A program made the translations under genes and the position numbers. From Anaeramoeba ignava BMAN (taxonomy: Eukaryota; Protista; Anaeramoebae): DNA of 64,000 bases. This document shows positions 1 to 12,208 of this stretch, piece by piece. The stretch is from positions 1 to 64,000 of the forward strand of contig JAPDFW010000063.1 of the NCBI GenBank assembly GCA_028826165.1, written 5' to 3'. The notes below the pieces were generated by a model. The model saw nothing but the letters and a program-made list of their open reading frames with translations. It was not told the DNA's origin and did not search any database. Position 1 is the first letter of the stretch, and each line of letters starts with the position of its first letter.

Positions 1-3000
1 GAATCAAAAATTAATATTGATTATAAAATTCTTGAATTTATCATTGAATTATCATCAAATAATAATTCTCAACAAATATCAACTGAGACAATCTTAATTT
101 GGTTAAAATCAAAAAATGAAAAAGAGTTTCAAAATGAAATGAAAAAATTAAAATCGAATGATTTTATTTCATACAGAGAATTTAAAAAATCTTTAATTAA
201 TCTCAAAAATATTTTTAAACCAATACTTTTATCAAACAAATTTAATGATCTTCATTCTTTACAAAATGAAATTAAGAAAATAAAATTTCAAGAAAAAACA
301 AAAGAAGAAATTGATGTAAAATTATTGATTAAATATTTTCCATTACTTGTTAAGGGATCATCCAAAGATTCATCTACAAATTTACTTCAAGATATTTTCA
401 ATATTTTTGAAAAAGGATGTAAATTGATTTTTGATTTGAAAGAACCATTATTTAAATGTATTATTCAAACAAAAAAATCAAATGAAAAAAATATTGAAGA
501 TTTTATCAATATGCTAAATGTTGCATTAGATAAAAAACCAAAAATTGCATTGGGAAATAATGAAAATGAATCAAAACATCAATCAAAACATCAATCAAAA
601 CATCAATCAAAAAATCAACAAAAGTTCGCTTTCGTTCCACAATATGAACAATTATTTAAAATTATTGATAAAATTTATCAAAATTTGAAAAGATTTATTC
701 CAATTCAATATTATCAAAAAATTCAAGAAATTGGTAAACCTATTAAAATCAAAAAAAATCCAAAAAACTCAAAAAAATTTGATAATTTCGAAGAATTAAA
801 TCAATTTAATAACAAAATTGAAAAAAATCTTAAAAAATGGAAAGAAGATGAAGAAAATTTAAAAGAAATACGTTTAAAAGGAATTTTAACTAATCAACAA
901 CTTCTTTTAATTTATCAAATTCAAATTCAAATTCAAAATCAAAATCAAAATCAAAATCAAAATCAAAATCAAAATCAAATTCAAATTCAAAATCAAAATC
1001 AAATTGAAATTTTTAAATCAATTATAAGATTAATTAATGGAGAAAAAAGAACTATCAAAACAAATTTTATGGAATATATAAATCCAGAATTTCGAAAAAT
1101 TGATTTAATTGATTTTTCAAAATCTTTTTTTCAAAAAATTGAAGAAGGTTTCTCCTCAAAATTTATTAAAGATTCCATTTTCAAAATAAATTTATCAATT
1201 ATAGAAAAAAACATAAATCTTCAAAGAATCCAACTTAAATTGAAAAAACAAATCGATGAAAAAAGGGATGGATCAATTCGAAATCCAAAAATATTTATTA
1301 TGAAAATTACAGAAAAATCAAAAATATTGAATTATGTTACAATGATTTATTATTTATATTCAAAATCTTTTCCATTAAGAGAACAAATTTTGATTTGTAA
1401 TTCAAATACAAAACCTGAAGATATAATTAATTTTTTCTCAAGTTATAAATATTATAATGAAATACAAGAAAATAATTATTCATTTTCATTATTATTTTCA
1501 ATAATTCATGCTGATAGATTATCTCAAAAATGTCAAAATATTCTAATTTCTGAAACAAATTCAATTGATTTCTTTACAAAAATACCAATGATAATATTTG
1601 AATTTTATCAAAAACAAGAAAAAACATTTTTATCTTCTTTACTTCAAGAAGGAAAACTAAATATTGATTTTGAAGATGAAATTAACAAAAATCTGAAACA
1701 AATTATCGAATGTTCACCAAATTATCGCAATATTCATGTTTTTTATTCAAATTTTACAGGTGAAGGAAAAAGTTTTCAAATTAGAAAATTTTGTTTTGAT
1801 TTTAAAGGAAAAACAAATAATTATAAATATCAAATTATTCAACTTATTAAAGGAACAATTTCTGAAATGATTTCTAAATTAAATCAAATTACAAATCAAT
1901 TAAAAGAAAAAGAAAAAGAAAAAGAAACAATATTCATTCATATTGAATTTCCAAATAAATGTTCTATTGAAATTTCAGATGCAATTTGGCAACTTACAAT
2001 GTGGGGATCTATTGAAAATTCAAATCCAAAATCATCAAAATCTCTTTGTTGGAATATTCAATCAAACATAATTCTTTTATTTGAAATTCCTAATAAACAA
2101 GAAAAGAATAAAAATCAAAATCAAAATCAAAATAAAAATCGAAATGAAAAAATGTGGAAATCTTTTTATCCACTTTATCAATTTAATTTACATTATTTAA
2201 ATTATAACAAAGATTCTTTTGTTTTCCAAAATTATGAAATTGATTCAAATCAAAAAATAATTGAAAAAGAAGATGAAAAATTAAAAAAAGTTGCAAATTT
2301 AATGATAAAATTAGAAGATAAACTATTTAACAACCAATTAGATGCAAATCAATTCGAAAATATTAAAGAAATATTAGAAAAAGATGATAAACCAAATCCA
2401 AAAAGATTTATTGAATTAATTGAAGAAAATATTTATATTATTTTAAATCAATTTAATAGAGGAAATATGAAAAATATTTACACATTTAGATTATTATCAC
2501 AATTTTGGAATTCATTAAAAGTATTTATTAAACCAATATTAGGGTGGAAGATCAGCAATTACAAAACAAATAAGAAAAAATTAACAAAATCAATCCTTAA
2601 AAGTTGGTTTCTTTCAATTTCAAGATTTATTTTATTTCCTTTATTATCAGAAAACAAAAGTATTTTTGATAATTTTTATACTTTTCTTCCCAATTTAGAA
2701 TTTGGAAATCAAAATCAAAATCAAAACCAAAACCAAAAAGAAAATAAAAATCAAAATCAAAATGAAAATAAAAATGAAAATATTATTCCAATTTCAATTC
2801 AATCAAGAAGACAAATGGATAATTTTTTCAGGATTTGGAATATTTATAAAAAAATATTCAAAAGATTCTCCTTTATTTGACAAACATGAAAAAAAAGCAG
2901 AAACAAATTTAGGTTCAATAAAATCAATATTTTCTGATACTTTCAATTCTGAACAAGAAATTGAAAAAATTTTCGAATTTTTATCTGCTCTTAATCCAAA

Positions 3001-6000
3001 AGAAATTGATAAAGAATTAATTGAAGAACATAAAAAAGGAAAATCAAAATATGTTCTTACTTTTGATAATGTTTCTAAAATGTTATTTCTTCAATTCAGA
3101 AATGTTGTTAATCTTCCAACAATTATAAGTGGAGAAACTGGATGTGGAAAAACTGCATTAATTGAATATTTATTTCGAGATATTTTGGAACAAAAAATCA
3201 AAACATTAAACGTTAATAATTCTATAAAGAAAAAAGATATTCAAAATTTAATTGAAGAAGGAGAAAAATGTTTTCCAAAACCATTTATAATACTTTTTGA
3301 TGAATTAAATACAGCTCCAAAATCTTTTATTCCAATTTTCAAATATTTATTTATTGATAAAATGTTTAATGGGAAAAGATATCAAAAATATAAGATTAAT
3401 AGCAGCAATTAATCCATATAGAGAAAGAAGTGGAACGGATAAAGAAGAATATGAGAGATTTGGGTTATTTTATCAAAAAGATGATGAAAATGAAGAAAGT
3501 AAGAAAATTCAAAAATCAGTTTATAGAGTTCAAAAACTTCCAGATTCTTTACAAAAACAAATATTAAATTTTAATTCACTTCAAAAAGAACAAGAATTAA
3601 CTTATATTCAAAAAATGGTTAAAAATACATTTGATTCTATTTTTAAAAAAGAAGAAGATATTAAAAGAATCAGAGAATTTACGGAAAATTTTATTGAATA
3701 TATTAAAAAATCTCAGCAATATATTAGAGAAGGTGATACTAAAAATGAAAATCAAAATGAAAATCAAAATCAAAATGAAAAAAAGAATTTAGCTTCAAAA
3801 GTTTCACTTAGAGATATTTCAAGAACTCTTAGAGTATTTAGATGGATTTATGAATCAAGATCAAGAGCTGGTATAATTTTATTAAAAGATAACATTGATT
3901 TAAAAAAAATTAATTTAAAACAGATTAAAGAACAAAAAGAAAAAAAAGAAGATGGAATAATAATTCAAAAAGCAATTTATTTATCTCTTTTTGTTTGTTA
4001 TGAAGTTAGAGAAAAAAATCAAAAAAAAAGAAAAAATTATTCAATTAAAATTTTTGGAAATGAAAAATCAAAAGATTATCAAAGAATAATTGAAAATGCT
4101 AAAACAAATTTAATTGAAAATTTAGATTATAATTTTAAAGAAAAAATGATTGCAAAAAATACAGCATTAAAAGAAAATTGTTTATTGCTTTATATTTCAA
4201 TTTATACTCAAATACCTTTATTTATTATTGGGAAACCAGGTAAAAAATTAAAAATTAAAAATTAAAAATTAAAATTTAAAATTAAAATTAAAATTAATAA
4301 ATAATAAATAGGAACTTCAAAATCAATTTCTCTTGAAGTCATTTTAAAATCTTTTAAACCACCATTTGAAATTAATGAATTATTAAGAAAACTTAAACTT
4401 AGATCTCTTTATCAATCTTTTATTCAATGTTCACATATAACAACAAATAAAGAAATTGAAGAAGTTTTCAAATTAGCTAAACAAAATACAAAAAATACAA
4501 AAAATACAAAAAATACAAAAAATACAGAAAACACAGAAAACACAAAGAATACAAAAAATACAAAAAATACAAAAAATACAAAAAATACAAAAAATACAAA
4601 AAATACAAAAAATACAAAAAATACAAAAAATGGAAATAATTTAGGAGTTGTTGTTCTTGATGAAATTGCACTTGCAGAATGGAGTTCTGAATTTCCACTT
4701 AAAGTACTTCATTCAAAACTTGAAGAATCAGAAAAAGAATTATCAAGAAGACTTCAAAAAAGATTTAAACAAAATGAAAATGAAAATGAAAATCAAAATC
4801 AAAATCAAAATCAAAATCAAAATCAAAATCAAAATCAAAATCAAAATGAAAATAAAAAATTAGAAGATATTTTAAAAGAAATGGAAGCAGTTTCAGTTGT
4901 TTCAATATCAAATTGGATTTTAGATCCAAGTGAAATGAATAGAGGAATCCTTATTTATAGAGATTCAATAACAAAAATTGAAAAAACAGCTCAACAAATA
5001 TTATGTTCAAAAAATACAGGAATGAATTCTAAAATTCCAGAACTATTTGCAGATAGTCTTTCAAGAATTTACAAAAATATTATCAAAAATCAAAAAGAAA
5101 AAGAAAAAGATTCAGGATGGAAACCTTATTTTGGACTTAGAGATTTTTATTATTTTGTTAAAATGATTGGATATTCTTATATAACTCATAACATTTCTTA
5201 TAATAGTGAAAACTTAATTTCAAATGCTTTATTAAGAAATTTTAATTCCAAACCAGAAATTATTCAAAATATTTCCCAATTTCAAAATGAATCCAAATCA
5301 TTAAATTTAATATCATTAACAAAAATAACAACAAAAGAACTCATTTCTCAAAATATTCAAAAAAGAATATTTGAAAATTATGGATTTAATGATGAAAATA
5401 AAATTTCAGATTTTTCAAGAAATATGATGATTTTAATTGATGAAACTTTAAATTTACCAATTATTTTACAAATTATTGAAAGTTTAATTGAAAAAGGAGG
5501 AAGAAAAATTAATGTTGTTTTTGGAAATTCTTTCCCAAAAGATCAAACAAAAGTTAAAATTATTAAAGATTTACATAAAGTTGAAAATTCAATAAGAAAA
5601 GGAGAAATAATTATTTTATATAATAATAACGATTTATTTCTACCTTTATATGATTTATTAAATCAAAATTATATCAAAGAAGGAAATAATCTTTATGCAA
5701 AAATTTCAATGGGACATATTGAAAATTTAATTAAAATTGATCCTAATTTCAGATTAATTTCAATTTGTGATAAAAGTCATGCTTATCATAATGAAACACC
5801 AGCTATTTTAAATAGATTTGAAAAATATTTATTGAAATTAGATGAATTTATTGAATTTGGAATTATTCGAAATTTTTATGAACAACAAAAAGAAATAATC
5901 AAAAAAATTTGTGAATATTCAAAAATTAAAGAAGAAGATTTAATTGTTTCTTATCATTCTGGATTATTTCCAACACTTGCAATAAAACTTCAAGAAATAA

Positions 6001-9000
6001 TTTCAAAAAAAAAAGAAAATAAGAATGAAAAGGAAAATAGAACAATTTTTGATTTTTGAAGGAGTTAATATGTGGATGAAAGTTTGTAATTTTGAAAATA
6101 TTCTTTTAATACAACAAAAAATCCAACAATTTAAATCCAAAAATCAAAAAGAAAATCAAAAAGAAATTCAAAAAGAAAATGAAAATGAAAAAGAAAATGA
6201 AAAAGAAAATCAAAATGAAAATGAAAATCAAAAAGAAAAGGAAAATGAAAACCGAAATAAAAAAAATCAAAAAGAAAAAGGAATGGAAATGGGGATGAAT
6301 GAATATTTATATTTAAAATATTTTTGTGAAAGATATAATATTTTATATCAACATAATTTAAATGAATTAATTCAAAATGAATTAAAACCAAAGAAAATTC
6401 AAAAATCAATCATTTTAACATCATCACCAAAATCAAAAAATATTGAAATTCAAGGATTTAATATTGAAGAATTAAATATTTCTGAATTTGATAATGAAAA
6501 AGAGTTCAAAAAGAAAATTAAAGATATTCTTGGAATATTTCCTCAAAAATCAAATCAAATTAATCAAATGAATAAGAATAATCAAAGAAAAAAAGATCCA
6601 AATTTCATTTTAATTATTCATTTTACACCAACAATAAATTTATCAGAAAAAATATTTTATCAATTCAAATATTTAATTGAAAATATAATTGAAAAAGAAA
6701 AAGAAGAAATTAAATGCTTTCTTATATTTATTGTTCATATTTCATCAAATCAAGAACAAACAAATACATTCCATTTTTCATTTGAAAAAAATTTTGAATA
6801 TTATTATATTGATGATATTTTCCAATATGATTTTGAAATGAATATTGATTTGAAAACAACATTCCCTGGAAATTATTTAGAAAAATTTATTGAAGAAAAA
6901 TGGGAAAAAATATTTGAATTAATTATTCCAATTTCTATTCTTAAATTTTTAAATTCAAAGAAAAAAATTGAAAAAACCAAAACATTTTTTGAAGAAATGA
7001 AATTATCAAAAAACAAAGAAATTTTAATGGAAAAAATAAGAGAAATGATCCAAAAAGGAAAAAATGGAAATATCAAATTATATGAATGGAATATTAATGA
7101 ATTAATTAATGAAAAATTTGAAAAGAAAAGAAGAAATGAATCATTAACTTCATTTATTCAATTTAAATTTAAAGAAAAATTAGAAACTATATTTGCTATT
7201 TTATTCAGTAATATTATGATTAATGATAATTTCAAACTTTTTCCTATTAATCAAAAAAGCACCAATGAAATTCAAAAATTATGGGAAAAGATATTCAAAA
7301 ATTTAACAATTCCACATTTCCAAAATATTCTTAATTATCAATTTAATAATTCAAATTTCCCATTTTTCCAATATTTTTATTCCAAATTATTTGAAGAAAC
7401 AAAACAACAAGAAGAAGAAAACAACATAATTCAAGAAATTATAGAAAAACCTATTATTAAATGGTCCAACCAATATTCCAAGAATCCAAAAACAACTGCA
7501 CAAATATTTCTAAAAGCATTTATGAGTGATTTTACAAAAATATCTTTTACAAAAGAAGAACAAAAGTTTTTAGAAGAATATATTGGAAATATTTCTGATT
7601 TCATTTATCAATTTGAAAAAAATGAAGATTTAACAAATTTATCATTAAAAGAAATTTCACAAAAAATTAATTGGAATATATTTCAAAAAATTTATGAAAT
7701 TTATAAATATTGTTTGAATATTGATAAAAGAGATTTAAAAAAGAAAGAAATTCAAAATCAAATTCAAATTCAAAATCAAATTCAAATTCAAAAAGAAAAT
7801 CTAATTTCAAAATTTATCAAAAAACAAATTGAAATTATTGAAAATTATTTAAATAATCATAATTTATCAAATGATTTAACAATTATTTCAACTCCACTTG
7901 ATAAAATTTATGAATTTATAATTGAAATGAAAAAAATGAAAGAATTTGAAAAAGAATTTGAAAAAGATTTTGAAAATTTGTTTGATAAATGGATGAAAAT
8001 TTACATATTATTTCTCAACAAATATAATTTACAAGAAATTAATCAAACTCAAAAATTTCAAAATTTATTTCAAAATTTTAAACTTTCCAAAAATGATAAA
8101 CATTCGGAATCTATTATTGATATTTATCAATTATGTAAAAATCAAAATGAAAAAATTAATTTATTTGAAAATTATTTCCAAATTATTATAAAACAAATTC
8201 AAAAAAAAGAAAAAATAAATCCATTGTTGAACAATTTCAAAGTTATTACAAAAAAATTAATTGATCGAAATCAAAATCAAAATCAAAATGAAATTTTTGG
8301 AATAGATCAAAATGAATTTCAATTTCCAAATCTATTTTCAATATTATTTAGTTATATTTTCAAATTATTAGAAAAAGATGAAAATTTAAGAAGAAATATT
8401 TTCAATAATTTAAAAGATTATTTATCATTTGAAGAAAATGATTTAAAATGGATGAGTTTCACATTTTTATTAACTTTTTTCCAATACACAAATGATTTCG
8501 ATTTAACAAAAAAACAAAACAAATTTATTATCAATGAAAAAAGATTCTTTCCAGAAATTGAACAAACAAATGATTTATTTGAAGAATATAAAAATTTTAT
8601 TTTACGTCTTCATTATATTATTCAAGATTCAAGCAAATATTCAAAAATTAAAAATGAAGAAATTCAAAAATATATTTCAGAACAAATATTTCAAGAGTAT
8701 GATTTTTTTACAATAAAACATTTGGAAAATATTCAAGAAAAAGAACAAATTAAAAAGAAATTTGATCAAATTTTCAAAACGGATATTCAAAAAAAAGAAG
8801 AACAAAATAAGATATTAAATCCAGATGGATATTATTATGGATACTTTGTTTCTTTTTTAATTAATCAAGTAGAAGATTTAACAAGAATTTTTAATTGGAT
8901 TACTTCTAAATTAACAAATGATAAAAAAATTGGAGATCAACAAGAAAATATAAAGAATTCTGTTTATAAAATTTGCAGAGATATTGAAACAATAAATGAA

Positions 9001-11010
9001 GATTTTGAAAAAGTTCTACTTATTATTATAGAAACAGCAGAAAAATATTTAATGAATAAAAATATTGCATTACCAATATTTAATGATGAAATGAATAATT
9101 TCCCAAATAACAGAAATATGATTTGTGGAAATATTTTAGGAATTAACAATTATCCAGAACCAAATCCAATTTTTACTTTATCTGATATTAATTTTATTAT
9201 TCCAACAAGAATTGCAAGAATTATTCATTATTCATTATTATTTTTATTATTAAAAAATGAAACAAATGAAACAAATTTAAAAAATTTAAATGAAAAATTA
9301 ATTTATCATGAAATTAAAAGTTTATCAATTATATTAAATTTATCAATAACAAATACAAAAATTTATTATATTCTTTTCTTGAAAGAAATTATCAAAGTTC
9401 AAGATAAACAAATTCAATTTGGAAGACTTAGTAAACAAATTGATAATTGGAAAGAAGCTTTATATAAAATTTACAAAGAAAAACATGAAAATATTCTTTC
9501 AAAAATTGAAATTTCAACATTCAAAAAACCATTTAAAGCAACAAATTTATTATTAGCAAATCCAATTTCAATTTCAAATTTAATTTCAAATTTCTTAAAA
9601 AAATCAAAAAATATTGAAAATAACATTGAAAAATATCCATTAATTTCATTTTTTATTCAAAATTATTTGAAATTTAAAATGATTTATTTATTCCCATCAT
9701 TTATCAAATTTTCAAGTTTTATCAATATAAAATATAATGGGAAAATTACTTTAAAACAATCACAAAAAATTAATATTGAAGATTTATTTAAAGATTCAAA
9801 ACAAAAAGGAATTGAAAAATTAAATGAAGAAGAAATTAAGATGTTAGAAAATTGGGAAGATGATTTCATTGAATGTTGGATAATTTCATTAAGTCAATTC
9901 AATAATGATAAAGTCAAGAAATTCAATATAAATAACTTAAATGAACTTGATCAAGTAAACAATCAAATTCCACAAATTATTGATACAATTGAACCAATAA
10001 CAAGAAAATCATTTATTAAAGAAATTCTTTCAAATCAAGAAAAAAAAATAAACATTGCATATTTAATTAAATATATTTCGAAAGAAAAAAGAAGATTAAA
10101 GAATGAAATACAAAAATTATTCAATCAAAATCAAAATCAAAATCAAAATCAAAATGAAATAAAAATATCTTTCCCATTTAAAACAGGATTAAATAACCCA
10201 TTTAGAAGAATATTTGATTTATCTTTTGAATTTAATTTGAAAAGAATAGAAGATTATATTAAATTTCATAATATAAAAGATAATTTTGATGAATTAGAAA
10301 AAAAGATGAATGAAGTTTTTCAAACATTTATTGAAACTGAAAATATTTCAATTATTATCAATAACTTTCAATTTAAAGATAAAATCATTTTAAATACTTC
10401 ATTCCTTGATGAATCAAAATGGAAACAAATTAATCTTTCACAATATACATGGGATGAAATAGTTAACGATCTTTTAGAAAAATTTGCTATTCCTATTTTC
10501 CAAAAATTTTATCAAAATATTATCCAATTTTGTTCCAATTTAAAAGATGAAAAATTAATTAAAGTTGATCAAACACTTATTAAATTTGCAAAAGAAAACA
10601 TGATTCCATTTGAATTAGAAAATATTAAATCAATTAGAAAACTTAAAATTCAACATTTAAGATTTATTCACAATGATATTTCACAACATTTTGAATCAAT
10701 TATGGATAAATTAGATAATCGATATAAAAATCAAATTCCAACAACTTTCTTAAATCAATTAGATTCCTTTTTTGAAAAAATTTCACTTACAAATTTGATA
10801 TTAATTTTCCAAAATTTCTTTTCAAAAGAATTAATTCAAAAAAATTATTCTCCAGAACAAGAACTTTACACTCCTTTGAAAAATACTGGACTTTTATTGA
10901 ATCTTGAAACAGAATCAGAAATTATTCAAAAACATTTTCCTCAAAATTTAACACTTAAATATTCTGGTTCAGTTTATCTTCTTTGTTTAGATAAACTGAA
11001 GAAAAATTAA
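1..11010 (+). CDS. RNF213/mysterin-like giant AAA+ ATPase (5'-partial; one intron 4240-4311; apparent +1 frameshifts near ~2760-2830, ~3376 and ~6036)
   Basis: Frame open from base 1. RNF213 AAA-core motifs occur in order: FTGEGKS, SGETGCGKT, ILFDELNT, IAAINPYR, VYRV..LP.SL, VSLRDI.R, FIIGKPG|TSKS (joined across a 72-nt GT-AG intron), VVVLDEIALAE...PLKVLH, SISNWILDPSEMNRG, FGLRDFY, FGNSFPKDQ, LYDLLNQNY, LNRFEK. The C-terminus HFPQNLTLKY..VY resembles the RNF213 end. Confidence 0.88.
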
Positions 11011-11099
11011 TCAAAAATTTTAAATTCCACTTTTTTTTTTTTTCAATTAATAAAAAAAGAAAATTAAAAAATTTTTTTTTCATTTTTTTTTTAATCCAA

Positions 11100-12074
11100 A
11101 TGAAAAAATTTTTAATTTTGATTTTTTGCTTTTTTTTAATTACAACAACATTTGTGCAAAGTAAAGAAACAAAACAAAAACTTTTTGAGAATTTCAAGAA
11201 AGATTTCCAAAAAAAATACAATTTGGAAGAAGAAAAATATCGGATGAAAATATTTGAAGAGAACGTTAAGAGGATTAAAGAGCACAATTCAAGAAGCGAG
11301 ACATATAAGTTAGGAATAAACGAGATGAGCGATTTAAGCGCTGAGGAAAAACGGGAGAAATATCTTCTCCCAATGAGAAGAGTAGTTCAGGAGAAAAAAA
11401 CGCATTTAAAATCAACAGTTCCAGATTCATGGGATTGGCGAAAAAACAACAGCGTTACACCAGTAAAAGATGAAGGAGATTGCGGCTCTTGCTGGGCGTT
11501 TGGGACGACTGGATGTGTTGAAGGATGTGTAGCAAAGGCAAGTGGGAAATTAGTGTCTTTATCAGAGCAGCAATTAGTGGATTGCGATCATACATGTTTT
11601 GGATGCAGTGGAGGACTTGCTTCGAAGGCATTCCAGTGGATTATTCAGAATAAGGGAATATGTTCGGAAGCAGCTTATCCCTATGTCGCTGTTCAGCAGA
11701 CTTGCAAACCATGCACAGTCTCAGCTAGCATCACTTCAGCAACCCAATCTGCTGTCCAAAACGAGGAAGCTTTGAAGGAAAATTGCTACAATTTTGGCCC
11801 AATTTCTGTCTCATTCTATGTGATGGATGATTTCTTCAATTATAAATCAGGTGTTTATTATAACTCAAAATGCCCTTCTGATAGTACGAACTATGCCGCT
11901 TTGATTGTTGGTTATGGTTATGATTCTTCTTCCAGTTTGGATTATTGGATATTGAAAAATTCTTGGGGAACTTCTTGGGGAATCAGTGGTTATGCTTGGA
12001 TTGCAAGAAATAAAGGTGGTATGTGTGGTATTGCTACTGATGCTTGGTATCTTGAAGGTTGTCAATCTCTTTAA
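11100..12074 (+). CDS. Papain-family (C1A, cathepsin L-like) cysteine protease homologue with signal peptide and I29 prodomain; catalytic His replaced by Tyr
   Basis: Hydrophobic N-terminus; ERFNIN-type motif EEEKYRMKIFEENVKRIKEHN; DWR; CGSCWAF; LSEQQLVDCD; YWILKNSWG; NYAALIVGYG where NHAV is expected. Confidence 0.93.
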   Translation: MKKFLILIFCFFLITTTFVQSKETKQKLFENFKKDFQKKYNLEEEKYRMKIFEENVKRIKEHNSRSETYKLGINEMSDLSAEEKREKYLLPMRRVVQEKKTHLKSTVPDSWDWRKNNSVTPVKDEGDCGSCWAFGTTGCVEGCVAKASGKLVSLSEQQLVDCDHTCFGCSGGLASKAFQWIIQNKGICSEAAYPYVAVQQTCKPCTVSASITSATQSAVQNEEALKENCYNFGPISVSFYVMDDFFNYKSGVYYNSKCPSDSTNYAALIVGYGYDSSSSLDYWILKNSWGTSWGISGYAWIARNKGGMCGIATDAWYLEGCQSL

Positions 12075-12208
12075 GAATTTTCCACTTTTTTTTTTCCCTA
12101 ATTTTTTTCAATCAAATCAAATTAAATCAAACCAAATTAAAAACAATTTTATTAATAATTTTGTTATTAATTTTGTTATTAATTTTATTATTTAAAAAAA
12201 AAATTTCT

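Noticed and set aside
3360-6060. Euplotes-style programmed +1 frameshifting (AAA-TAR)
   Set aside because: The shifts do not occur at in-frame AAA-stop codons; homopolymer consensus error is the simpler explanation.
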